NCBI GenBank assembly: GCA_002269645.1
Contig: NIVC01003181.1
Location: 49,653 to 113,652 of the forward strand
Length of the DNA stretch: 64,000 nt
Source: Macrostomum lignano
Lineage: Eukaryota
Direction of reading: 5' to 3'
The translations under genes were made by a program, and so were the position numbers. Of the stretch, positions 11,415 through 24,000 are shown in pieces; within the stretch, counting starts at the first letter, position 1; the number at the start of each line of letters is the position of its first letter. The notes under the pieces were generated by a model. It saw only the letters and a program-made list of their open reading frames with translations. It searched no databases and had not been told where the DNA came from.

Positions 11415-14400
11415 ATGTACCCCACCTCGGCGCCAAATTATGCTCAGCAGATGCAGCAGCAGCGCCCGCAGGCGCCGCAACCGGGGGCGCAGCATCCAGC
11501 CGCATCGGTTGCTATGCACGCTCCCCAGCTGGTGTTCTACCAGGCTGGCCCGGCTGCTCCTCCTCAGTCGGGCAGCGCCGCAGCGGCCGCCGCCGCCGCA
11601 GCCGAACGGGAATGGCAGGCGCAAGAGCAGCGGCGCCGATTAGAGGATCAGCAGCGCCGGCAGCGCGAGGCAACTCGGCGCCAATTTCAGAATGCCACCA
11701 AAAATCCGGCGCCATCGGTTGACGCCCTAATTAGCAGTATTGTGTTTCCCGTTGGCTCTCAGCAGCAGCAAAAGCAGCAGCAGCCGAAGTTGTATCCGGT
11801 TGCAAAGTCTGCAACAGCTGATGACGACGAATTTGACTCGTTCGTTTCGTCGCCAGTGAAATCGGTGCAGCAGTCGCAGCCGCAGCGGCCGATTCAGCAG
11901 CCTCAGCCACAGTACCAGCCGTCTGTTGCTGCTACAAAAAAGCAACCGGAGAAGCAGAAGAAAATATCTATAGAGGACTTTATATCTGCAAATCTTATGG
12001 CTACTACCTCGGGAGCGACCTCCACTAGTAGGCCGCAGCAACAGCAACCAAGAACTCAGCCCAATACTCAGCACCATCAATCAATAATGCAAATGCAACA
12101 GCAGACTCAGCACATGACACAGCAGACTCAGCAATTACAACAGCAGACTCAGCACATGCCACAGCAGCATCAGCAAGTGCAACAGCAGCCTCAGCACATG
12201 CCACAGCAGCATCAGCAAGTGCAACAGCAGCCTCAGCACATGCCACAGCAGACTCAGCACATGCCACAGCAGCATCAGCAAGTGCAACAGCAGCCTCAGC
12301 ACATGCCACAGCAGACTCAGCACATGCCACAGCAGCATCAGCAAGTGCAACAGCAGCCTCAGCACATGCCACAGCAGACTCAGCACATGCCGCAGCAGCA
12401 TCAGCAAATGCAACAGCAGACTCAGCACATGCCGCAGCAGCATCAGCAAGTGCAACAGCAGACTCAGCACATGCCACAGCAGCATCAGCAAGTGCAACAG
12501 CAGCCTCAGCACATGCCACAGCAGCATCAGCAAGTGCAACAGCAGACTCAGCACATGCCACAGCAGACTCATCACATGCCACAGCAGACTCAGCACATGC
12601 CACAGCAGACTCAGCACATGCCGCAGCCGACTCCGCAGTCCTTCCCCCGCTGGCTCGCAGGCGGCCCGCTGCCCCAGCTGTATTTGCACGCACTGCAAGC
12701 GTGCCACGATCCCTCCACTAACCAGTTGGACACTGGCCGAATCTACGAGATCTTCTTACGTTCTGGCCTGCCCAGGCCAGTCCTAGGCCAGGTTTGGGAT
12801 CGGGTTAATCGAACAGTTCGCGGCCGTCTGACGGAGCCGGAGCTGTGCCAGGCGCTGGCTCTGATTGCTCTGTGCCAGCAGCTTGTTGCTAGGCAGGGCC
12901 AGGCCGAATCGCTTGTATGCCCGCCCTTGGAGTCCTTGCTGCAGCTGGCTGAGGCTCCCCTGCCGGATTTCGGCGTTCAGACTGGCGGCTGTGCTCCAAG
13001 TGCGGCCGTTTCAACGCCTTCATCAACGTCGAATCCGCCAGCAGTTTCCGTTGCTCGTCAAAATTCGATAACAACAACAGATGACGATGGCTTTGGTGAT
13101 TTTGTATCCACTGAACCGTCGGCCGCCTCGGCGTCACCTGCTGGCAACGGTGGCGTTGGCAGCGGAGGCGGCGTCAGCAGCGAAGAATCCAATTGGGCAG
13201 ATTTCTCCGCCTCTAGCGGGATCAGCAGCCCGGCCGCTGTTCCGCCGTACACGTTCGCCGCTTCGGCTGGCGAATCTGCCAGCGGCGGCAAAACTAAAGT
13301 AGATAGCTTGAAGAACACCATAGCCAGTCTGTACAAGCAGCAGCCGCAGTCTCAAAAGCAGCAGCAGCAGCAGCCGCAGCCGCGCGATCTAGACCTGCCA
13401 ATTAGCGTTGAAAAGCACGAATTGGCTGATAAAATGTTGGAAGATTCGTTCAACGATTTTGTTGACACATCCGGCTCGTCTAGCGATGGATCGCGGAGCG
13501 AGCAGCACACGACAGGTTGCTCATCTCCGACCAGCTCAGAGCAGCAGTCTAATTATGAGCCCCAGCCACAGGCTCACGAGCAGCAGCAGCAGAGACATAA
13601 CCAGCATCACCAGCGTCATCATCAGACAGTTGGACATTTTAATATCGCGTCTGCACAGGCGGAGCAGCGAAACAACTTCTCTGCTCCGGTTGAGGATAAT
13701 TCAGCTTCTCAAAATCAGCAGGATGAGGCTGCTGAGGATGATGCAGAATTTGCCGACTTTGAATCCGCGCCAGCTGCTCATTTTGCTGAGCCTGCAGTTG
13801 GTGCTGCAGAACTGGACACCCTGCAGTCCGGCGTCTCTGTGTCTGTTGTCAATGACGACGATATGCGCCAGGCTTCCGGTGGATCGCAGAACCAGTTTGC
13901 CGTGTTTCGGTGCGCTTAATGAGCTTTGGGTCTGCGTGTTTTTGTGGTGGAATTTCCGATCCTCAGGAGCATTTAGAGCGCATCTTCAGTTGCTTGGTCA
14001 CTGTCAGCCTCCCAGATCCTCAGTTGCTTGGTCACTGTCAGCCTCCCAGATCCTCAGTTGCTTGGTCACTGTCAGCCTCCCAGATCCTCAGTTGCTTGGT
14101 CACTGTCAGCCTCCCAGATCCTCAGTTGCTTGGTCACTGTCAGCCTCCCAGATCCTCAGTTGCTTGGTCACTGTCACCCTCCCAGATCCTCAGTTGCTTG
14201 GGCACTGTCACCCTCCCAGATCCTCAGTTGCTTGGTCACTGTCAGCCTCCCAGATCCTCAGTTGCTTGGTCACTGTCACCCTCCCAGATCCTCAGTTGCT
14301 TGGTCACTGTCAGCCTCCCAGATCCTCAGTTGCTTGGTCACTGTCACCCTCCCAGATCCTCAGTTGCTTGGGCACTGTCACCCTCCCAGATCCTCAGTTG

Positions 14401-15428
14401 CTTGGTCACTGTCAGCCTCCCAGATCCTCAGTTGCTTGGTCACTGTTACCCTCCCAGATCCTCAGTTGCTTGGTCACTGTCAGCCTCCCAGATCCTCAGT
14501 TGCTTGGTCACTGTCACCCTCCCAGATCCTCAGTTGCTTGGTCACTGTCAGCCTCCCAGATCCTCAGTTGCTTGGTCACTGTCACCCTCCCAGATCCTCA
14601 GTTGCTTGGTCACTGTCACCCTCCCAGATCCTCAGTTGCTTGGTCACTGTCAGCCTCCCAGATCCTCAGTTGCTTGGTCACTGTCACCCTCCCAGATCCT
14701 CAGTTGCTTGGTCACTGTCACTCTCCTAGATCCTCAGTTGCTTGGTCACTGTCACTCTCCTAGATCCTCAATTGCTGAGCCAACGCCACCCTCCCAGACC
14801 CTCAGTTGCTAAGCCAGCCTCCCAGATCCTCAGTTGCTGGGCCAGCCTCCCCGATCCTCAGTTGCTGGGCCAGCTTCCCAAATCCTTAGTTACTGAACCA
14901 GCCTCCCAGGTCCCCAGATCTTCAAGTTGTCTTTCTTGCCCTTTTTGAATGACCTGCGCACTGGATTGTTAACGCACCAATCGAACCGCCAAACTCTGCA
15001 CAGACCTCAGCAGCCAATCAGCATAGAGGAGGCCATGGCCCAGGCTTTGAGCTCTTTGCCCAGCAGACTGCAGCCGCGCACCGGAGGCGGCAGCGTCGGC
15101 GGCGACACGGGCTCAGTCCGCAGCCTGGAGCTGTCGAAACCAGCTGACGCAGTCTCGGACACCGCGTCCACAGGAGTCCCGTCAACTGCTGGAGGCGCTG
15201 GCGTGGCGGATTCGAGCGCCGATTCAGCGCCAAACGAAGACGATGGCGGACGCGACCGATACGAGGTGCTGAAGCAGCTGGAGCGGCCAGATGAGGGCGG
15301 CTTCGACAAACTGCTGGCTGGGTGCCTGGATGCGGCCCTGGACAGGATTCAAGAGGGCAGCAACCTGTTCTCCGAGTCTGAGGACTGCCAAGAGGTAGGG
15401 GTGCGTGTGTCTTCTGACAGACAGACCG

Positions 15429-15517
<89 letters not shown>

Positions 15518-16087
15518 TAGACAGACAGACAGATAGATGGATAGATACTAAGACAGACAGGCAAAAAGATGCGGGCAGACAGACACCGACAAGCAGAAAG
15601 ACAATGCGGACAGACACAGGCGGACAAGGGTAGAAACCGCGTCACTTGCAACCGCGTCCAGGTGCTGGACAGTGGCCCCGGCTCGGACTATGTGCAATGC
15701 CTGTCCGAAATCCGCCGCATGGCCGGGCGCCTGCTGGGCGCGGCCGAGCTCCACCGCCTGCTACCTGTCGAGCAACTGTCCGAGCGGCGGCAGCGGCTCC
15801 GCCTGGCCTGGGCGAATTTCATCGGCTTCTTCACCACCCCGTCCGGTTTGCTGCCGTCCGAGTCCGAGCTGGCCGATTCGATTCGCCTGCGGCCGGACAC
15901 ATCAAACGGTGATGATGCTGAAAACGGAACTCGTCCGGAGTGCCGCTGCTGCATTTGCCTGAACTATTTGGCCTCCAGCTCGGCGATATTGTACGCTGGC
16001 CGGATGTACCACTGCCCATGCGCCAACTTTTGGATTAACGAGATCGACTCTGTGCTGCCGGATCTGACTGCCCAGCTGCCTGCTTGA
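11415..16087 (+). CDS. SYNRG: Synergin-gamma (AP-1 gamma-ear partner), 3 exons, ~1103 aa
   Basis: Exons 11415-13909, 15004-15394 and 15662-16087 with consistent phases. EH-like domain (LDTGRIYEIFLRSGLPRPVLGQVWDRVNRTVRGRLT), several D/E-F-x-D/S-F ear-binding motifs, DRYEVLKQLE, and C-terminal CCICL..YAGRMYHCPCANFWIN..VLPDL typical of synergin-gamma. Confidence 0.9.
12090..12625 (+). repeat. Coding tandem repeat (21/42-bp units, QQTQHMP / QQHQQVQQQPQHMP) in SYNRG exon 1
   Basis: In-frame repeats within the 834-aa ORF. Confidence 0.9.
13985..14900. repeat. 34-bp minisatellite in SYNRG intron 1
   Basis: Unit tgcttggtcactgtcagcctcccagatcctcagt, about 23 good copies, then degenerate. Confidence 0.95.
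15415..15560. repeat. (GACA)n microsatellite in SYNRG intron 2
   Basis: Direct reading. Confidence 0.95.
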
Positions 16088-16249
16088 CCATGGAACGAAT
16101 TCGCTAATCAAACATCTGAAGGGTAGGTCGGGCTTGTTCTGTTTTCCTGTTATTTACATTTTGGTTAAATTTTAGTAAGCGTTGCTAACGTTGTCAGTTG
16201 CTGCGCTAGCTATGGTACAGGCTTAGCCAGGAGCTTAATTTTAATTTGA

Positions 16250-16735
16250 AAGGGTGCCATTTCCTTTTTGTGAGGGCGCCATTTCATTTGTGTGAGGGCG
16301 CCATTTATTTGTTCGGGGCGCCATTTATTTGTGTGAGGGCGCCATTTCATTTGTGTGAGGGCGCCATTTCATTTGTGTGAGGGCGCCATTTCATTTGTGT
16401 GAGGTCGCCATTTCATTTGTATGAGGGCGCCATTTCATTTGTATGAGGGTGCCATTTCATTTGTATGAGGGCGCCATTTCATTTGTGTGAGGACGCCATT
16501 TTATTTGTGTGAGGGCGCCATTTCATTTGTGTGAGGTCGCCATTTTATTTGTGTGAGGGCGCCATTTTATTTGTGTGAGGGCGCCATGTTATTTGTGTGA
16601 GGACGCCATTTCATTTGTGTGAGGACGCCATTTCATTTGTGAGGGCGCCTTTTCATTTGTGTGAGGGCGCCATTTATTTGTTCGGGGGCACCATTTCATT
16701 TGTGTGAGGGCGCCATTTCACTTGAGAGGGCGCCC
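16250..16735. repeat. 22-bp minisatellite (gagggcgccatttcatttgtgt)
   Basis: About 21 tandem copies downstream of SYNRG, preceded by caggcttagccagga (16218). Confidence 0.92.
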
Positions 16736-18077
16736 CTGTTATGGTATGCAACGCACTGCTTGTACCATCACTATATATTCAGTTTAAATTATTAAATCAA
16801 ACAAAAAGAAAAGTAAAGTTTCATAATTAAAACCGCAACCACCCGTGCAGGCTCGGAGCTGCTACAAAACCAGCAGGCAGGTTTGGGGTCACGTGATCAT
16901 TGCGCTTATCATCGGCGTGCTCGATGGAATTTGTTTGTAAACTTATACAATTTGAACTGTAATTAATGTTGTGTGCAAAAGCTATTCATTAATTAGTTGC
17001 TGTGTTAATTTTTGTCAAATAAAACCCATTTGTCTTCCGTGTTGTCAATCATTTTAAAGTCCATGCCGCACTTGTTGACCACCCTGTTCGCCCACGTCAC
17101 TGTCTGTCTCGCTCCGATCAAGAATTCCGATCAAAGAGCTATTTGATTCCATTACTGTAGCTGTTATTACTCGGATTGCACATAAATACTTGGATTCATA
17201 TTCACTTGTCTTTGTCGTGTACTTTCAGTGAGTAGTGTATACGGGTTTTATTTTCAAACTGTCTGTATTATTGTATTCCCTGTTTCTATTTTTGACACCT
17301 CCGTGTGGAACGGGCTCAAGTTTTTTTCGTCGCATTGTTATTATTCTTAATTTTGTTAATGTTATTGTTATTATAAATATTATTATTAAGATTTTTGACT
17401 GTTGTTTTTTATTACCAAGCCGCACATTTTTGTCCCCTCTGTCAAAATCTTACTTTGCAAGGCTGGTCGCTTTCTTAATTACATATATACTGATATAATA
17501 AATGTATTGCACACATTCCACAGTGGAAAGTATATTCATTTTGATTTTACTGATGAAAAAAATCATGAAAAAAGCTAGCGATACTTTTTATTTACTTGTT
17601 TACTGTTACTTTTTTTCCGTGTCTGCAAGTACATCTGTACTATAAAGGTACACCTGTACTTATAAAAGTGCACCTGTACTTTATCAGGTCGTATAAAAGT
17701 GCAAAAAGAAGAAACGAGCTCCGCATAAGTTTAGGAATTAGCAGTACACGAAATTGCAATAACCGTCTGGAAAAAGTACATTGCGACGGATAAGTCTTAC
17801 CCAATGTTGAAATTATCGCTTGGAGAAGGGAGGCTGGGAATCTTCGCAGTTTTTACACTTTTATTTAAAAACAGTTTTTATAAATATGGAACTTCTTATC
17901 CTTAAAGACTTGAATATTAGCTGTATATGTATAGCATTCTATGCGGAAATTTCCACTGCTAAAGTGCATATCGACATTGCCTCTTGGATACAGGAAATAG
18001 AATAAAATACAAAGACAAGAATCCAGTTAGTGGGTGATATGTTGAATTGCCATCAAAATTTTTTAGCTTGATCGTGT

Positions 18078-21000
18078 TCAAGGCTGCTGCTTCAGTCGGC
18101 GAATATGCCGACGCCGTCGCCGCCGCTGCTGTCTGGGGCTCGGGCAGCTGCCCTTGGAGGCCACTCGAATGTCCAGCTTATTGTTGCACGCGTACGAGTG
18201 CAGGTCGCACTCCAGCGTGTAGGTGAGGCCGTCGGTGCCGCAGACGGGGTCGTTGACGTACAGGCAGCTGTTGGGGCACTGGCAGACTGGCTCGCCTCGG
18301 ACGTTAATGGTGCACACTCCGTAGTATGGGCAGGTGACTCTGCGGAGCGAAGGGATGAGAATTGGTTGAATAAACTTGCCGATCCATAACACTTAATTGA
18401 GAGAAGGTTCTATAGACAGGAAGTGAAGGTTGAAGCACATCTATATAGCTGGGGAAGAAGGTTCCTGTGGCAGCTTAGAGGGGACACAAGGAAACCGTTG
18501 CATCACCGTTACTTCTAGTGGTCCTTAAGGGGACACTGGTGCCAGGGGAGAGATACTGGTGACACGGGGGAACACTGGAGACAGGGAGACACCGGTTACA
18601 GGGGAGACACTGGAGACAGGGAGACACCAGTTAGAGGGGAGGCACTGGTTACAGGGGAGACACTAATTTCCGGGGAGACACCGGTTACAGAGGAGACACC
18701 GGCTACAGAGGAGACACCGCGGTTATTGGGAAGACACCGGTTACAGGGGAGACACCGGTTACTGGTGAGATACCGGTTACAGGGGAGACCACCAATTTCC
18801 GAGGAGACACCGGTTACAGGGGAGACACCGGTTACTGGGGAGATACCAATGACTGACTACACGACAGAAGACTCACCCCTGGCACGGGTTGCAGCTGCCC
18901 CGACCGGCCACTGTCAGGCTGCTGTTCCGAGTGTCGAAGGCCCTCTGCCGCAGGTGGCAGTCGGACCGGTAGGTGACGCCATCGCTGCCGCAGACCCGCC
19001 TGGACTCGGCCTCCCCTGCCGCCGCTGCCGCCCCAGGCAGCCACATCAGCGTCAGCGGCTCCACGCACTCTGGCCGCTCGCAACCGGCCCGCACCGACCA
19101 GGTGGGGGCGGCAGCGACCGAGGTCTCCACGATGCCAACCCGACAGATGCCACCGTGCGGGCACCGGCCGCCCGGACGCTGGCGGATGCACCACAGCGGC
19201 TGGTCGCACTCGCCCCTGTAGGCTGGCCGGACTCCCCGCCGGCCAGACAGGCAGGCGCTCCTGCGCAGGTGGCAGTCGGATTCGTAGGTGACCTCGTCGG
19301 TGCCGCACACCGGGCTGAACACTGGCGGACAGTCGGCCGGGCACCTGCAGGCTGATAGGCTGCTACCGGGGTCCACCCGGCACTCCATGTACTCGTGCGG
19401 ACACCAAGTCTGGCAGTGGACGCCGAACGGGCACTGCCCGTCGCTCAGCCTGCTGATATTCAACCGCGAGTAGCAGCTCTCGTAGTCCAGGCTGCACTGG
19501 TCCGGGTAGGTGCGACCGTCCGTGCCGCACACCGGCCGCTGCGGGGACTGGCCTGAGCGGGATTGCCTGCTGCTTGCATGCTACTATCAGTAGGAATACC
19601 AAGCCTTTTTTGCACCCGTAAAACTAACCGAGAGGAAATTCCGCCTTAAACAATTTTTCTTGCTGCGCGGGAGCGGAGCAGCAGGCAACACGAAATTCAA
19701 ACACAGGAAAAAAATTTTTGAGCACCTTCTCAAACAAGAAACGTGTCGCCAGCCCTATAGACCGTCGAGATATTCAACAATTCTACCAGGTCGGATCCTT
19801 CATACAAGCGCCAGTTCCATTGTTCTCTTGTCTCCACTTCCCTCTCTTTGTCTCTCCTCCACCACACTCTCCCCTCCTGTCTCTCTCCCCCGCCTCACTC
19901 TCCCTCCTGTCACCCTCCCCCGTCTCACTCTCCCCTCCTGTCACCCTCCCCCGCCTCACTCTCCCCTCCTGTCTCTCTCCCCCGACTCACTCTCCCCTCC
20001 TGTCTCTCTCCCCCGACTCACTCTCCCCTCCTGTCTCTCTCCCCCGCCTCACTCTCCCCACCTGTCTCTCTCCCCCGCCTCACTCTCCCCTCCTGTCTCT
20101 CTCCCCCGACTCACTCTCCCCTCCTGTCTCTCTCCCCGCCTCACTCTCCCCTCCTGTCACCCTCCCCCGTCTCACTCTCCCCTCCTGTCACCCTCCCCGC
20201 CTCACTCTCCCCTCCTGTCTCTCTCCCCCGACTCACTCTCCCCTCCTGTCTCTCTCCCCCGACTCACTCTCCCCTCCTGTCTCTCTCCCCCGCCTCACTC
20301 TCCCCACCTGTCTCTCTCCCCCGCCTCACTCTCCCCTCCTGTCTCTCTCCCCCGACTCACTCTCCCCTCCTGTCTCTCTCCCCCGACTCACTCTCCCCTC
20401 CTGTCTCTCTCCCCCGCCTCACTCTCCCCACCTGTCTCTCTCCCCCGCCTCACTCTCCCCTCCTGTCTCTCTCCCCCGACTCACTCTCCCCTCCTGTCTC
20501 CCTCCCCTGCCTCACTCTCCCCTCCTGTCTCTCTCCCCGCCTCACTCTCCCCTCCTGTCTCCCTCCCCGCCTCACTCTCCCCTCCTGTCTTTCTCTCCCG
20601 CCTCACTCTCCCCTCCTGTCTTTCTCTCCCGCCTCACTCTCCCCTCCTGTCTTTCTCTCCCGCCTCACTCTCCCCTCCTGTCTTTCTCTCCCGCCTCACT
20701 CTCCCCTCCTGTCTTTCTCTCCCGCCTCACTCTCCCCTCCTGTCTTTCTCTCCCGCCTCACTCTCCCCTCCTGTCTTTCTCTCCCGCCTCACTCTCCCCT
20801 CCTGTCTTTCTCTCCCGCCTCACTCTCCCCTCCTGTCTTTCTCTCCCGCCTCACTCTCCCCTCCTGTCTTTCTCTCCCGCCTCACTCTCCCCTCCTGTCT
20901 TTCTCTCCCGCCTCACTCTCCCCTCCTGTCTTTCTCTCCCGCCTCACTCTCCCCTCCTGTCTTTCTCTCCCGCCTCACTCTCCCCTCCTGTCTTTCTCTC

Positions 21001-24000
21001 CCGCCTCACTCTCCCCTCCTGTCTTTCTCTCCCGCCTCACTCTCCCCTCCTGTCTTTCTCTCCCGCCTCACTCTCCCCTCCTGTCTCTCTCCCCCGCCTC
21101 ACTCTCTCCTCTGTCTCTCTTCTGCGCCTCACCCTCTCCAGCCTCCCTAATTTTTCCTCTCCGCGCCAAAATCCGCCCTCATCAGTTCTGTCATCATTTT
21201 CCAATCAGCAAAATAATTCCCAGAGCGCAAATCCTCTATCAGCAGGAATCGAGTAGAATTGGTTTTTGAATAAATCAGGCATTAATCTGCATCCCGCTGA
21301 GGCTGTCAACTTCAGCTGGGCGCCGAAGACCAGCGTTTCATGGAATCCCATGAGGATTAGGGGTTGAGGGCCGCAGCAGGCATACGCTCCGATGCAAAGG
21401 CCAATCTGAAGGATGCCCAAGTTTTAACAAAAATTATTGGGAAAAAAGCTAAAGATAGCAGCCGGCTTTTTGAGGAGCCATTCTTTCCCAGGAGAGCTGA
21501 AACCGGAATGCTGAGTGGCCGCCAGCTCCCGAAACCTTCATCTCCCTCTCCTCCACTCTCTCCTCTCCTCCTGTCTCCTCTCCTCCTGTCTCCTCTCCTC
21601 CTGTCTCCTCTCCCCATGTCTCCTCTCCCCCTGTCTCCTCTCGCCTGTCTCCTCTCCCCCTGTCTCCTCTCCCCATGTCTCCTCTCCTCCTGTCTCCTCT
21701 CCCCATGTCTCCTCTCGCCTGTCTCCTCTCCCCCTGTCTCCTCTCCCCATGTCTCCTCTCCTCCTGTCTCCTCTCCCCATGTCTCCTCTCCTCCTGTCTC
21801 CTCTCCCCCTGTCTCCTCTCCCCCTGTCTCCTCTCCCCATGTCTCCTCTCCTCCTGTCTCCTCTCCCCCTGTCTCCTCTCCCCCTGTCTCCTCTCCCCCC
21901 CATGTCTCCTCTCCTCCTGTCTCCTCTCCCCATGTCTCCTCTCGCCTGTCTCCTCTCCCCCTGTCTCCTCTCCCCATGTCTCCTCTCCTCCTGTCTCCTC
22001 TCCCCCTGTCTCCTCTCCCCCTGTCTCCTCTCCCCATGTCTCCTCTCCTCCTGTCTCCTCTCCCCCTGTCTCCTCTCCCCCTGTCTCCTCTCCCCATGTC
22101 TCCTCTCCTCCTGTCTCCTCTCCTCCTGTCTCCTCTCGCCTGTCTCCTCTCCCCCTGTCTCCTCTCCCCATGTCTCCTCTCCTCCTGTCTCCTCTCCTCC
22201 TGTCTCCTCTCCCCATGTCCCCTCTCCCCATGTCTCCTCTCCCCCTGTCTCCTCTCGCCTGTCTCCTCTCGCCTGTCTCCTCTCCCCCTGTCTCCTCTCC
22301 CCATGTCTCCGGCCTCTTCCCTGTCTCCTCTCCCCCTGTCTCCTCTCCCCCTCCCCCTGTCTCCTCTCCCCCTGTCTCCTCTCCCCCTGTCTCTTCTCCC
22401 CATGTCTCCTCTCCCCATGTCTCCTCTCCCCCTGTCTCCTCTCCCCCTGTCTCCTCTCCCCCTGTCTCCTCTCCCCATGTCTCCTCTTCCTTGTCTCCTC
22501 TCCCCCTGTCTCCTCTCCCCCTCCCCCTGTCTCCTCTCCCCCTGTCTCCTCTCCCCCTGTCTCCTCTCCCCATGTCTCCTCTTCTCCTGTCTCCTCTCCC
22601 CCTGTCTCCTCTCCCCCTGTCTCCTCTCCCCCTGTCTCCTCTCCCCATGTCTCCTCTCCCCCTGTCTCCTCTCCCCCTGTCTCCTCTCCCCATGTCTCCT
22701 CTCCTCCTGTCTCCTCTCCCCCTGTCTCCTCTCCCCCTGTCTCCTCTCCCCATGTCTCCTCTCCTCCTGTCTCCTCTCCCCATGTCTCCTCTCGCCTGTC
22801 TCCTCTCCCCCTGTCTCCTCTCCCCATGTCTCCTCTCCTCCTGTCTCCTCTCCCCCTGTCTCCTCTCCCCCTGTCTCCTCTCCCCATGTCTCCTCTCCTC
22901 CTGTCTCCTCTCCCCCTGTCTCCTCTCCCCATGTCTCCTCTCCCCATGTCTCCTCTCCTCCTGTCTCCTCTCCCCCTGTCTCCTCTCGCCTGTCTCCTCT
23001 CCCCATGTCTCCTCTCCCCCTGTCTCCTCTCGCCTGTCTCCTCTCCCCTTGTCTCCTTTCCCACTCCTGTCTCCATCACCACAAGCTCATATTTTGATTG
23101 AACTGGACTAGCTTATGCTCTAGTTGCTTTAGAAAGAGATTTTACTCGCATTCAGACTAAGTTTACTAAAACTTCGAATCGAATTCAACTAAACAGAATT
23201 GGCCTAACTTCAGCTGTATGAGTAGCCAAGATAACGCAGAAATGCGCCTCACCTGCCCCGTATAAATTGAAGAGGTTGTTTAGAGGAATACTATTGTATT
23301 TAGCTACTCCTAATTCTGCAGGTCTCCTGGACATTTCAATGGGCATTCAAAGCCTAATGAATAATTAATTAGGCGCTGGTTTACAGTCTCTCTCTTTCTC
23401 CGAGCCCAGCACCCAGCTTTTGAATTGATTGAAACGGTTATGGATTTACCTGATTATAAAGGGTTGGGCTATGAGTCACTAACAATCAACTATCCATAAT
23501 TCTCATGATTCAGTATCAGTGCCTATCTTGGGGGTGGAGGCTTTGCATGAGTAGTAGTGGGAGGCTCAAAGATTAGTTTATCAGACTCGTCACATGACAG
23601 ATATAAGCTGAAATGTCGCTAGTTATTAATGTTGTTGGCGTTGTACTGTTGATAAAGTAGAGTGGAGTAGAGTAGAGTAGAGTAGAACGGAGTAGAGTAG
23701 ACTAGATTAATTTAGAGTAGAGTGGATTGGGTTAGAGTAGAGTAAAGAGGAGCAGAGTGGAGTAAAGTATAATGAAGTAGAGTGGAGTAGAGTAGAGCAG
23801 AATAGATCCGTAGAGTAGAGTAGAGTAGATTGGAGTAGAGTAGATTAGAGTAGAGTAGATTTTAGCAAGGTAGAGTAGAGTAGAGAAAAGTAGAGTAGAA
23901 TAGAGTAGAGTAGATTGGAGTTAAGTAAACTAGAATTGATTTGGGTAGAGTAAGTGATCAGTGTGTGATTATGTCACAGCACAGTGCGAGGTAGCGTAGC

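Noticed and set aside
13910-13935. Frameshifted extension of SYNRG exon 1 (FRALNELW)
   Set aside because: A phase-2 donor at 13910 joins the 15004 acceptor in frame without any correction.
21135-21540. Unique island between the two pyrimidine arrays as an exon or nested gene
   Set aside because: No recognisable protein and no splice sites compatible with the host gene phases.
21357-23111. RGD-rich and Pro/Ser/Leu-rich 450-580-aa ORFs
   Set aside because: Translations of the 15-bp intronic array, open in all six frames, inside a Kazal-gene intron.
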